DNA of 64,000 nucleotides from Alphaproteobacteria bacterium (GTDB taxonomy: Bacteria; Pseudomonadota; Alphaproteobacteria; Micavibrionales; UBA2020). A program made the position numbers and the translations under genes. Of this stretch, positions 9,918-19,012 are shown piece after piece. Each line of letters opens with the position of its first letter. Within the stretch, counting starts at the first letter, position 1. The stretch covers positions 10,207 through 74,206 of the forward strand of contig SCTB01000026.1 in the NCBI GenBank assembly GCA_004297545.1, in the 5' to 3' direction. The notes below the pieces were generated by a model, which saw nothing but the letters and a program-made list of their open reading frames with translations, had not been told where the DNA came from and did no database searches.

Positions 9918-12404
9918 TCACGGCCGGGGCTTCGGCCCCTGCGCCGACGGCGGCGTCACGGGCTTGACGCCGGTGGTGGCGGGACTGTCGGGATGCGCCG
10001 CATCCCAGTCCTTCAGTTCCTTCTTGTACATCTGCAGTTCCTGCATCGCGCCGGCGAGGTCCGCGCGTTCCATCTGCGCCATGGCGATTTTGTCGAGCGT
10101 GTCGCCGCCATGCGCCATCCACTTGGGCAGCACGTTGTCGAGGAAACTGGAATTCGTTGTCAGGATTTCATCCTGCTTTTTGATGCCGGCCTGCAGCACG
10201 CGCTCCAGCTCCGCAATGTTCTTCGGGTCGCGCAGGTCGATTTTCTTGAAATCGCCGATCTTGAACCGTCCGCGCGCATCGCGCTCCAGGGCGCCCGTGC
10301 CGTTCATATTCTCGTTCTTCATGTTTTCGGAATGGTTCCGCAGCGCTGTCGCGATATGCTGGTACCCCAGCACCGAAGGCTTGCCGTCGTCCGCCTTGTA
10401 TCCCTCGCGCTTCTGGGCCGCGCCGTTCTGCGCAATCTGGTCGTCGACATCATCCCAGGCGCGCTTGGCCTTCAGCGCGGCATCTCCGGTGATGGCGACG
10501 GCTGTCACCGCGGCCACAGTCAAAACGACAGGGGCGGCCGCGACCGTGATAGCGGCAGCCCCAGTGCCGGCGACGCCGGTGCCGAGCGCTCCCGTGACCA
10601 CCGTGGTGATGGCGGCGGCCTCGCCGGTCGAGGCGGCGGCGGTGCCCAGCAGAATGCCCGTCGTGGCCGTCGTAGCCGCGACGGCCCCCCGCTCGACCTT
10701 GTGCTGCGTCGTGTCTTCCTTGCTGATCTGGTAAGCAACGTCGACCGCCGTGACCGCGATGTTGACGACCGGCAGGAACTTACCGGCGCTGGTCAGGGCC
10801 GGGATGGTCTTTCCGGCGGCGGCGGCGATGCCTTCGGTCGCCTGCATGGCCGACGTTACGATGTTCGTTCCCGCGATGGCGCCGCCCACCGTGTCGCCGC
10901 GCTCGATGGCGCTCTTCAGGCCAATGCCGCCCATCACGAGGCCGATGGAGGCGGCCCCCGCGTTGCCGATGCCGCTGGCCCGCGCGGCGTCGATATTCAG
11001 CGCCGGGATGCCCTTTTTCGCGGCCAGCTGTTCGGTGATGCTGTTCAGCGTCTCGGGCGCCGCGATCCATTCCGGGTGCGCGCCGGATTCCGCGGCGATC
11101 CATTTAAAGCGCGGGTCCTCGAAATACCCCTTGGGCGACACGTCGCCGCGGTTGCGCTCGAGATAAAAATTGATGTCGGGCGCATTGAAGCCCGACGACA
11201 CGCCGAAGATGGCGTGGTTCACCTCGACGAGGTTCGCGCGGTCGAGTTTCACGTCCTTCAGCGCCGGATTGAGCTCCACAAGATGGTCCCAGGTCTGCCG
11301 GTAGAACTGGCCGACTTCGGAAGGGGCGGTGTTGAGCACGTCAAGCGTCAGCTTCGGCGACAGGGGCTGCGGCGGGATGAACCCCTTCTCCACCAGCGCC
11401 GGCGGCGGCACCGTTCGGTCGTTCAGGAACTGCCAGTGGAAATGGTCCTCGAATTGCGCGGCGTTCATGCCATCCGGCAGCGTATATTCGCCCGCGATGC
11501 CCTTCAGGCCGGTCTGGATCTCGAACTGCCGGGCGGGCTGATGGCTGACGATTGCCCTCTCCTCGGGCGACAACAGCGACATATTGACGCAGCCGTTCAG
11601 GTCGCAGGCGTAGACACTGTGGGGGCCGGGTTTCTGCTGCTGCAGGTATTCCTGCATCGTCTGCTCTGCATTCGCCGTGGTCGCGGGCGTCGTCCGGGTG
11701 CCGGGCGCGTAGTCCCCGTCATGCACCGGCAGCTGCTCGTTCAGGCCGCGCACGGAAACGCGCTCCGGCGGCGCCTTCATCATGTCGCCCCACCGCTGCA
11801 ATGTCGCGGGACCGTCGAACATGGAGGGGTCCATCACCATCTGCTGCACCGTGCCGTCCGGCATCTCGACGGGCAGCGTGGGCGCTACGTGATACCACCA
11901 TCTGGTCTTCGCCCCGTTCCGCGCCTGGATCAGCAGCGTCCCGTGATCGCCTTCAAACCCCCAGGCCTTCGAGGGCGTCTGCCCCATTTCGATGAGCCGC
12001 GTGGCCATAAGGTGCGCGCGCGCATAGCAGCCGTCCTTGGCGAAACCGAAAGCAATGTCCGGCATCGCGGCCAGCCGCTCAAAAATCTGCTGCGCCTGCG
12101 CGGGCGTCACCGGCTTTGGCGCCAGTTCAGGGAAAAAGGGCTGGGGTGGCGGCGGGGGCGGATTCTCCTCAGCGTAGTACCGCCCCGTTTGAGGTGGCGC
12201 GAAGCGGCTCACTTCATTTGTGCGCTGCGGCGCCAGGCCGCCGCTGGGGGGCTGGAGTATGGCTCCGTCGCTGAGCGGCTGCAGCCTGAATTCGGATGGC
12301 GGCAGGACGGGCAGATTCGGTTTGTTGGGCCCCACAACCGGCGTTTGCTCCGACGGGGGCGGAACAACTGGCTTCTTTCCACTATCCTGCGGCTGGTCGG
12401 GCAT
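9918..12404 (-). CDS. Multidomain putative effector/toxin: Pro-rich N-terminus, protein-glutaminase domain, unknown middle domain, Ala/Gly/Thr hydrophobic region
   Basis: DGCYARAHLM (C126), WWYHVAP (H172), VMDPSMF (D192) match protein-glutamine glutaminase motifs. Confidence 0.8.
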   Translation of the reverse strand: MPDQPQDSGKKPVVPPPSEQTPVVGPNKPNLPVLPPSEFRLQPLSDGAILQPPSGGLAPQRTNEVSRFAPPQTGRYYAEENPPPPPPQPFFPELAPKPVTPAQAQQIFERLAAMPDIAFGFAKDGCYARAHLMATRLIEMGQTPSKAWGFEGDHGTLLIQARNGAKTRWWYHVAPTLPVEMPDGTVQQMVMDPSMFDGPATLQRWGDMMKAPPERVSVRGLNEQLPVHDGDYAPGTRTTPATTANAEQTMQEYLQQQKPGPHSVYACDLNGCVNMSLLSPEERAIVSHQPARQFEIQTGLKGIAGEYTLPDGMNAAQFEDHFHWQFLNDRTVPPPALVEKGFIPPQPLSPKLTLDVLNTAPSEVGQFYRQTWDHLVELNPALKDVKLDRANLVEVNHAIFGVSSGFNAPDINFYLERNRGDVSPKGYFEDPRFKWIAAESGAHPEWIAAPETLNSITEQLAAKKGIPALNIDAARASGIGNAGAASIGLVMGGIGLKSAIERGDTVGGAIAGTNIVTSAMQATEGIAAAAGKTIPALTSAGKFLPVVNIAVTAVDVAYQISKEDTTQHKVERGAVAATTATTGILLGTAAASTGEAAAITTVVTGALGTGVAGTGAAAITVAAAPVVLTVAAVTAVAITGDAALKAKRAWDDVDDQIAQNGAAQKREGYKADDGKPSVLGYQHIATALRNHSENMKNENMNGTGALERDARGRFKIGDFKKIDLRDPKNIAELERVLQAGIKKQDEILTTNSSFLDNVLPKWMAHGGDTLDKIAMAQMERADLAGAMQELQMYKKELKDWDAAHPDSPATTGVKPVTPPSAQGPKPRP

Positions 12405-12500
12405 GCATGCTCCGCAACAGTTGTATTTCCATCAGGCGCAAGTCACGTCAGGCTTTGTCAATCATTGGTCCATCAGGCAAAAGCGTTCTGCGGCGATACG

Positions 12501-12698
12501 TCACCGGACGCTCAGGATTTTCAGCTCGCGGTCGAAGGTAAAGGAAATCTCTTTTCTGGCGTCGCGCGCCTCCCGGATTTTGGCGCAGAGGTCTTTTTCC
12601 GTTAGCGGCACCTGGAAGTAGCCGTCATGCGCGGGGAAAGACACCAGCAGTGCCCCCTCCTCCTCGAAAATCTTGCGGATGACGCCCTTCGATTCCAT
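12501..12698 (-). CDS. Small protein resembling the protein-glutaminase pro-domain (putative inhibitor)
   Basis: 65 aa; paralogue of 12704-12964 (VSF..HDGYFQ.P...EISF.F....KIL); AGGA RBS. Confidence 0.7.
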   Translation of the reverse strand: MESKGVIRKIFEEEGALLVSFPAHDGYFQVPLTEKDLCAKIREARDARKEISFTFDRELKILSVR

Positions 12699-12703
12699 TG
12701 TTC

Positions 12704-12964
12704 CTATCCGTTTCCGGGCTTTGCGCGCGCTGCCCCCGACGGCGACGGCGGCTCCACCGGCTTGTCCTGCACGAAGAGGATTTTCGCTTCCTTGTTGAAA
12801 GCGAAAGAAATTTCCCGGTTCAGGTCGCGGGATTGAACGACTTTCTCGCGCGCGGCGGCGTCGCCGGCGGGCAACTGGAAATACCCGTCGTGATTTCTGA
12901 AGGAAACAAATTCGACGCCGTCTTCCTCGACGATACGGCGCACGACGCCGCTGGATTCAATCAT
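12704..12964 (-). CDS. Small protein resembling the protein-glutaminase pro-domain (putative inhibitor), second copy
   Basis: 86 aa; paralogue of 12501-12698 with an added Pro/Lys tail. Confidence 0.7.
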   Translation of the reverse strand: MIESSGVVRRIVEEDGVEFVSFRNHDGYFQLPAGDAAAREKVVQSRDLNREISFAFNKEAKILFVQDKPVEPPSPSGAARAKPGNG

Positions 12965-13175
12965 TTGGGGCTTCCCCTGCGATGAAGCTCATGAAAACCA
13001 ATGATTTATTATACACTTTATGGGCAATAACGCGCCACCGGAAAACAGGCCCCGGCTGGAAAACTCCTTCTTAATCAGTACGTTATTTACGCTCGAAAAA
13101 TGCAGGACGCCGTGCCATGATACCCCCGATTCTAGGGTATACGGCAGCTTTTAAAAAAGTAGAGGAGAACAGAAC

Positions 13176-14186
13176 ATGTCCGTCAAAGTCGCCATCAATG
13201 GTTTCGGCCGCATCGGCCGCCTGGTCCTGCGTTCCATCATGGAAAGCGGCCGCAACGACGTCACCGTCGTCGGCATCAACGATCTCGCGACCTCGGAAGC
13301 GAACGCGCATCTCCTGAAATACGACAGCGTCCACGGGCGCTTCTCCGGCGAGGTGAAGGTGAGCGGCACGAAGCTGATCGTCAACGGCCACGAAATCACC
13401 ATGACGCAGGTGAAGGACCCGACGCAGCTGCCGTGGAAAGACCTCGGCGTCGACATCACGATGGAATGCACGGGCATCTTCACCAAAAAAGAAGATGCGA
13501 TGAAGCATGTCGCAGCCGGCGCGAAAAAAGTTCTTATCTCCTCCCCCGCGACCGACGAAGACATCACCGTCGTCTACGGCGTGAACCATGACAAGCTGGA
13601 AGCAAAACACGTCGTCGTCTCCAATGCGTCCTGCACGACAAACTGCCTTGCGCCTGTCGCCTATGTGCTGCACAAGGCCATCGGCATCAAGCACGGCTTC
13701 ATGACGACGATCCACAGCTATACCGGCGACCAGAACACGGTCGACACGATGCACAAGGACCTGCACCGCGCGCGCGCCGCCGGCATCAACCTCATCCCGA
13801 CCTCGACCGGCGCCGCCAAGGCCGTCGGCCTCGTGCTGCCGGACCTCAAGGGCAAGCTCGACGGCACCTCGATCCGCGTTCCGACCCCGAACGTGTCGGT
13901 GGTCGATTTCAAATTCACCGCGAACAAACCGACGTCGGTGGAAGAAGTGAACAAGGCGATTTCGGACGCCGCCGCAAGCGGCCCGCTGAAAGGCATCCTC
14001 GGCACCTATTCCGAGCCGCTGACGTCGACGGATTTCAACCACGACCCGCGCTCCTCGATCTTCGGGCTGAAGGAGACCAAGGTCATCGACGGCACCTTCG
14101 TGCGCGTGATGAGCTGGTACGACAACGAATGGGGCTTCTCGAACCGCATGTCGGACACCGCGGTCGCGATGGCGAAGCTGAAGTAA
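13176..14186 (+). CDS. gap: Type I glyceraldehyde-3-phosphate dehydrogenase
   Basis: INGFGRIGR, SNASCTTNCLAP, WYDNEWGFSNR. Confidence 0.98.
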   Translation: MSVKVAINGFGRIGRLVLRSIMESGRNDVTVVGINDLATSEANAHLLKYDSVHGRFSGEVKVSGTKLIVNGHEITMTQVKDPTQLPWKDLGVDITMECTGIFTKKEDAMKHVAAGAKKVLISSPATDEDITVVYGVNHDKLEAKHVVVSNASCTTNCLAPVAYVLHKAIGIKHGFMTTIHSYTGDQNTVDTMHKDLHRARAAGINLIPTSTGAAKAVGLVLPDLKGKLDGTSIRVPTPNVSVVDFKFTANKPTSVEEVNKAISDAAASGPLKGILGTYSEPLTSTDFNHDPRSSIFGLKETKVIDGTFVRVMSWYDNEWGFSNRMSDTAVAMAKLK

Positions 14187-15362
14187 TTATATTATTCGCA
14201 GCGCAATCGAGCAGGCGATGCAGAAGGCTACGATAAGGATCGGCGGCGCGTTCAGCTTTTCCAGCATCACGTAGCCTGCGGCAGCCGCTGCGAAATCGGC
14301 GCCGCCCTTGACGGCGGAATCAAATACAGGATGGTAGAGCGCGGCCGCCAGCACGCCGACCACGGCCGCGTTGATGCCCGACAGAGCGCCGCGCGCCCTG
14401 GGATGCGCGCCGAACCATCCCCACACCGGCGCGGCCGCGACGGCCAGCAGCAATCCCGGCAGGAAAATCGCCAGCAACGCGGCGGCAGACCACAGCCCCG
14501 CCTGCCCTTCCGGCGCGGCTGCGGCGCCAAGATAGGCGGCAATCGTAAAGAGCGGCCCCGGCAATGCCTGTGCCGCGCCATAGCCTGCCAGAAAGACATC
14601 GTTGTTCAGCATCGCCGGCACCATCGCTTCATGCAGCAGCGGGAGGACGACATGCCCGCCGCCGAAAACGAAAGTTCCCGCGTGATAGAACACATTGGTT
14701 GCCTGCAACAGCCCGCCCGGCATCAGCGCGGAAAAGACGCTGAAACCCGCAAGCAGAAGCAGGAACGCCGCCGCCGCGAAAACAGCCGCGCCGCGCCTCA
14801 CGGGAAGACGCAGGCGCTTTGTCTTTTCATGTTTTTCGCGGCACCATAAAAATCCGGCGAGAGCGCCCAGCAGGAGCGCCGCCGTCTGGGCGAGAGCGCC
14901 CTCCATCAGAACCGCCGCGCCCATTGCCGCGAGAGCGACGCACGCCGTCAGACGGGTGACGCAAAACCGCGCCGCCATCACGCGCACGGCCTGCGCGACC
15001 ACGGCGACCGCTGCGAGTTTCAGCCCGTGCAGCACGGGTTCCGCCTGAACCTGCGGCGCGTAAACGGCAAAAAGATACATCAGCACCGCCGAGGGCAGCG
15101 TAAACCCGGCCCATGACAGCAGCGCGCCCGTCCATCCCGCACGTTTCAGTCCGATGAGGAAATTCACCTGGCTGCTGGCCGGCCCCGGCAGCAGTTGGCA
15201 CAGGGCCACGATTTGCGAAAATGTTTCGTGATCCAGCCATTTTTTCTCGCGCACATAGACGCGCTCGAAATAGCCGAGATGCGCGACCGGCCCGCCGAAA
15301 GACGTCAGGCCGAGGCGCAGGGATTCGATCAGTACTTCCCGCGCATTGCCCTTTTTGGCCAT
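14187..15362 (-). CDS. chrA: Chromate efflux transporter (long-chain CHR)
   Basis: LGLTSFGGP, QLLPGPASSQ, FVFGGGHVVLP, AQALPGPLF. Confidence 0.9.
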   Translation of the reverse strand: MAKKGNAREVLIESLRLGLTSFGGPVAHLGYFERVYVREKKWLDHETFSQIVALCQLLPGPASSQVNFLIGLKRAGWTGALLSWAGFTLPSAVLMYLFAVYAPQVQAEPVLHGLKLAAVAVVAQAVRVMAARFCVTRLTACVALAAMGAAVLMEGALAQTAALLLGALAGFLWCREKHEKTKRLRLPVRRGAAVFAAAAFLLLLAGFSVFSALMPGGLLQATNVFYHAGTFVFGGGHVVLPLLHEAMVPAMLNNDVFLAGYGAAQALPGPLFTIAAYLGAAAAPEGQAGLWSAAALLAIFLPGLLLAVAAAPVWGWFGAHPRARGALSGINAAVVGVLAAALYHPVFDSAVKGGADFAAAAAGYVMLEKLNAPPILIVAFCIACSIALRII

Positions 15363-15458
15363 GAAACCATCCCCTGCTGCCTGCCCGCCCATCATAGCCA
15401 AAAGCAACCCGTTCACTCAATATCAACCCACTGAATTTATTACGTTTTTATTTCCTGC

Positions 15459-15473
15459 TTAAACCCCGGTTAA
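15459..15473. promoter_or_regulatory. CtrA-type box TTAA-N7-TTAA
   Basis: ttaa accccgg ttaa, 45 bp upstream of the cadherin-like gene. Confidence 0.6.
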
Positions 15474-15517
15474 ACACATTATGGTAAAATACTACAGTGG
15501 GAGTCTAAGTACCAACA

Positions 15518-18500
15518 ATGGCAGACGGCATTGCACCATTTGCCCCGACGCCTGTTGTCCGTAGCGCTTTTGCGGGGGGAACGCAAAAGACCGCACCGTC
15601 CGTGCTGGATCTCGGCTCATACTATCTGACCCGAAATCCGCGCGCGGAATCACTTGCGCGCGTGTTTTCCCGCCCCTCCTCCGGTGACGTCTTCGCGAAT
15701 GTCGAGGGTTTCCTTGCGGCGGCTTCCGCGGCAGACCAGAATTTCAGCGCGGAACAGGGGAGCGCGGCCGCGAAGAATTCCGCGAATGCCGCCTACGCCG
15801 CCGCGCTCGACCTCCTCGCCAAACGCGAGACGCCGGCCGAAAAATATCTCCGGCAACTGCTGGAGGCGCCTCCGCCCAAGGCAGCGCCGCCGCTGGCAGC
15901 CGCCCCTGCCACGCTGAAGCTCGCGACGAACGCGGCGGGTGAGCTAGAGGAAGGCTCCTTCCTGACGATCACGTCTTCGCAATTGTCCGCCACGGCGGAT
16001 AGCGCCGTGAACAACAACATCAGATACAACGTCACCGGCGGCCCGGTGAACGGGTACCTGACGCTGGCGGGCGACCCGGGCGCGGCCCTCGTTTCCTTTA
16101 CGCAGGCGCAGGTCAACGCGGGGCTTGTGCGCTATGTCCATAACGGCACGGATACGGCGTCGGACAGTTTCAGCTTCACCGTCAACGCCGGGGCGGAAAG
16201 CCTGAAGGGAAGCTTCCTGCTGGCGATAACGCCTTCCGACGATGCGCCGGAGCTTGTCGCGAATACCGGGGCTGCGCTGGATGAAGGCGATTCCGTGGTG
16301 CTGACGACCGCGCAGCTGAATGCGACGGACGTGGATACGATTAACAGCAATCTTGTATATACCGTCACTTCCGGCCCGGCGCACGGGCGGCTGGAGCTGA
16401 CCACGGACCCCGGGACGGCGATCACCTCCTTCACGCAGTCGGAACTTGCCGCAGGACGCCTGCGCTATGTGAACGACGGGTCAGAATTCGCCGCCGACAG
16501 CTTTACCTTCACGCTTTCCGACGAAACGACCGCGCTGGCGCCGGCCACGTTCAATTTCACGATCAGCCCGGTCGACGACGCGCCGGTGCTGACCAACGCA
16601 GGCGCCTCCGTCACCGAAGGCGATACGCTGACCCTCGACACCGGGGCGCTGGGCGCGACCGACGCCGACACGGGCGACAGCAGCCTGGTCTTTACCGTCA
16701 CCTCGGGGCCCGCGGCCGGCTACCTGCAGCTGTCGACAGACCCCGGCACGGCGATCACGTCTTTCACGCAGGCAGACCTCGCTCTCGGCATCGTGCAGTA
16801 TGTGCATGACGGTTCTGAAACCACGGCGGACAGCTTCGGTTTTTCGCTCACCGACGGCACCACCACGATCAATGATACATTCAATATAACTGTCGTTCCC
16901 GAAGACGACGCGCCGCAGCTGACGAATAACGGCCTGACGGTGACGGAAGATTCCTCGGCGATCATCACCACCGCGGACCTCACCGCAGCAGATCCGGATA
17001 CGGCGGACAGTGACCTGGTCTATTCCCTCTCCTCCCTGCCCGTGAACGGGTATCTTGAACTCACGACGAATGCGGGTGTTTCCATCACCTCCTTCACGCA
17101 GTCCGACCTTGCCGCCGGCATCGTCAATTACGTGCACGACGGCTCCGAAACCACGGCGGACAGTTTCATCTTCACGCTTTCCGATCAGACGACGACGCTT
17201 TCCGCTGCGACGTTCAATATCACCATCGACCCTGCGGACGATCCGCCGCAACTGACCAACAACGGCCTGTCGGTTTCCGAGGGCGGCACAATCGCGCTCA
17301 CCACCGCGGACCTGAATGCGAGTGACGCCGATACGGCGGATGCCGGGCTTGTCTATACCCTGACCTCCGCGCCCGTGAACGGACAACTGGAGCTTTCGAC
17401 CAATCCGGGCGCCGCCATCATCTCCTTCACGCAGGCCGATTTGGCCGCGGGCCTTGTGCAATACGTGCATGACGGTTCGGAAACGACGGCGGACAGCTTC
17501 AGCTTCGACCTGACGGACGGCACGACCACGCTGCCCGGCAATACATTCAATATCTCTGTCGCCGCCGTGGACGATGCGCCCGCGCTGGCGACCAATACCG
17601 GCGCGACGGTGACCGAGGGGGCTTCCGCCCTCATCGGCTCCGCGCAGCTCAGCGCCACCGATGCGGATACGGCAAGCGCGAACCTCGTCTATACAGTCAC
17701 CACCGCGCCCGCCGCCGGTTACCTGGAGCTGACCACGAACGCGGGCGTCGCGATTACCTCCTTCACGCAGGCCGATCTTGACGCGGGTATCGTCAATTAT
17801 GTCCACGACGGATCAGAGGCTTCGGCGGACAGCTTTACCTTCACGCTTTCCGACGGGACGACGACGCTGGGCGCCTCCAATTTCAATATCACGGTCAGCC
17901 CCGTCGATGACGCGCCGCAACTGACGAACAACGGCGCGATCGTCACCGAGGGGAATTCCGCGATTCTCACGACGGCGGAACTTGACTCTTCGGACCCGGA
18001 CACGGCGAATACGAGCCTTGTCTATACCGTCACCTCCGCGCCCGTGAACGGATACCTGGAGCTGACCACGAACGCGGGCGTCGCCATCACGTCATTCACG
18101 CAGGCCGACCTTGACGCCGGGATCGTGAACTACGTCCATAACGGTTCGGAGGCGACGACGGACAGCTTTGCCTTCAGCCTGTCCGACGGCACGACGACGC
18201 TGCCGGGTAATACATTTAATATTACCGTCACCCCGGTCGACGACGCTCCCGTGCTGGCGACGAATGCGCCCGCCGCGCTGAATGAGGGCGCGACCGTAAC
18301 TGTCACGACAGCGAACCTGAACGTGACGGATGTGGATACGGCGAATTTCAACCTGACCTATACGCTGACCTCCAATCCCTCGAACGGATACCTGCAGTAC
18401 AGCACCAGCCCCGGCACGGCGATCACGTCGTTCACGCAGGCGGATCTGGAGGCGGGGCTCGTAGAATATGTGCATGACGGCTCTGAGACGACATCGGACA

Positions 18501-18913
18501 GCTTTACCTTTATCGTCTCCGACCTCACGACGACGCTCTCCGCCTCGACCTTCGCCATCAGCGTCAACCCGGTCGACGACGCGCCCGTGCTGACCACGAA
18601 CACGGGAACGACCGTCAGCATCTTTGGCGGTTCCACAATCATCACGACATCGAAACTGAGCGCTTCGGACGTCGATACCGCGCCTTCCAGCATCGTGTTC
18701 AGCCTCACGGCATCCCCGACGCAGGGGCGTCTTGAACTGACGACCAACCCCGGCGCCGCCATCACCTCGTTCACACAGGCCGACATCGACGCAGGGCGGC
18801 TGCGTTATGTGCACACGGCCTTCAACTTCAACCCTGACAGCTTCACATTCACCGTCACCGACGGGACGACGACGCTTTCACCGGCTACTTTCAATATCAC
18901 CGTGACGTTCTGA
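15518..18913 (+). CDS. Large cadherin-like (CSPG-type) repeat protein, putative adhesin
   Basis: Nine ~110-aa repeats with SFTQADL...YVHDGSE..DSF.F...DG...FNI.V.PVDDAP. Confidence 0.85.
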   Translation: MADGIAPFAPTPVVRSAFAGGTQKTAPSVLDLGSYYLTRNPRAESLARVFSRPSSGDVFANVEGFLAAASAADQNFSAEQGSAAAKNSANAAYAAALDLLAKRETPAEKYLRQLLEAPPPKAAPPLAAAPATLKLATNAAGELEEGSFLTITSSQLSATADSAVNNNIRYNVTGGPVNGYLTLAGDPGAALVSFTQAQVNAGLVRYVHNGTDTASDSFSFTVNAGAESLKGSFLLAITPSDDAPELVANTGAALDEGDSVVLTTAQLNATDVDTINSNLVYTVTSGPAHGRLELTTDPGTAITSFTQSELAAGRLRYVNDGSEFAADSFTFTLSDETTALAPATFNFTISPVDDAPVLTNAGASVTEGDTLTLDTGALGATDADTGDSSLVFTVTSGPAAGYLQLSTDPGTAITSFTQADLALGIVQYVHDGSETTADSFGFSLTDGTTTINDTFNITVVPEDDAPQLTNNGLTVTEDSSAIITTADLTAADPDTADSDLVYSLSSLPVNGYLELTTNAGVSITSFTQSDLAAGIVNYVHDGSETTADSFIFTLSDQTTTLSAATFNITIDPADDPPQLTNNGLSVSEGGTIALTTADLNASDADTADAGLVYTLTSAPVNGQLELSTNPGAAIISFTQADLAAGLVQYVHDGSETTADSFSFDLTDGTTTLPGNTFNISVAAVDDAPALATNTGATVTEGASALIGSAQLSATDADTASANLVYTVTTAPAAGYLELTTNAGVAITSFTQADLDAGIVNYVHDGSEASADSFTFTLSDGTTTLGASNFNITVSPVDDAPQLTNNGAIVTEGNSAILTTAELDSSDPDTANTSLVYTVTSAPVNGYLELTTNAGVAITSFTQADLDAGIVNYVHNGSEATTDSFAFSLSDGTTTLPGNTFNITVTPVDDAPVLATNAPAALNEGATVTVTTANLNVTDVDTANFNLTYTLTSNPSNGYLQYSTSPGTAITSFTQADLEAGLVEYVHDGSETTSDSFTFIVSDLTTTLSASTFAISVNPVDDAPVLTTNTGTTVSIFGGSTIITTSKLSASDVDTAPSSIVFSLTASPTQGRLELTTNPGAAITSFTQADIDAGRLRYVHTAFNFNPDSFTFTVTDGTTTLSPATFNITVTF

Positions 18914-19012
18914 CCCCGAAGGGGGATTTTCCCTGATTTTACGGTCTTTTTCGCCGCTTGATTGGGGGGCAAAGACAGCATAATATACCCTCAAAACAAT
19001 GGAGGGTTATTC

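Noticed and set aside
9738-12605. 955-aa plus-strand ORF
   Set aside because: Antisense shadow of the glutaminase-domain gene; Arg/Gly-rich with no motifs, typical of high-GC DNA
15900-18900. Possible CRISPR or DNA tandem array
   Set aside because: Repeats are ~330-bp degenerate protein-domain repeats within one ORF; no short repeat-spacer pattern or cas genes were seen in the window
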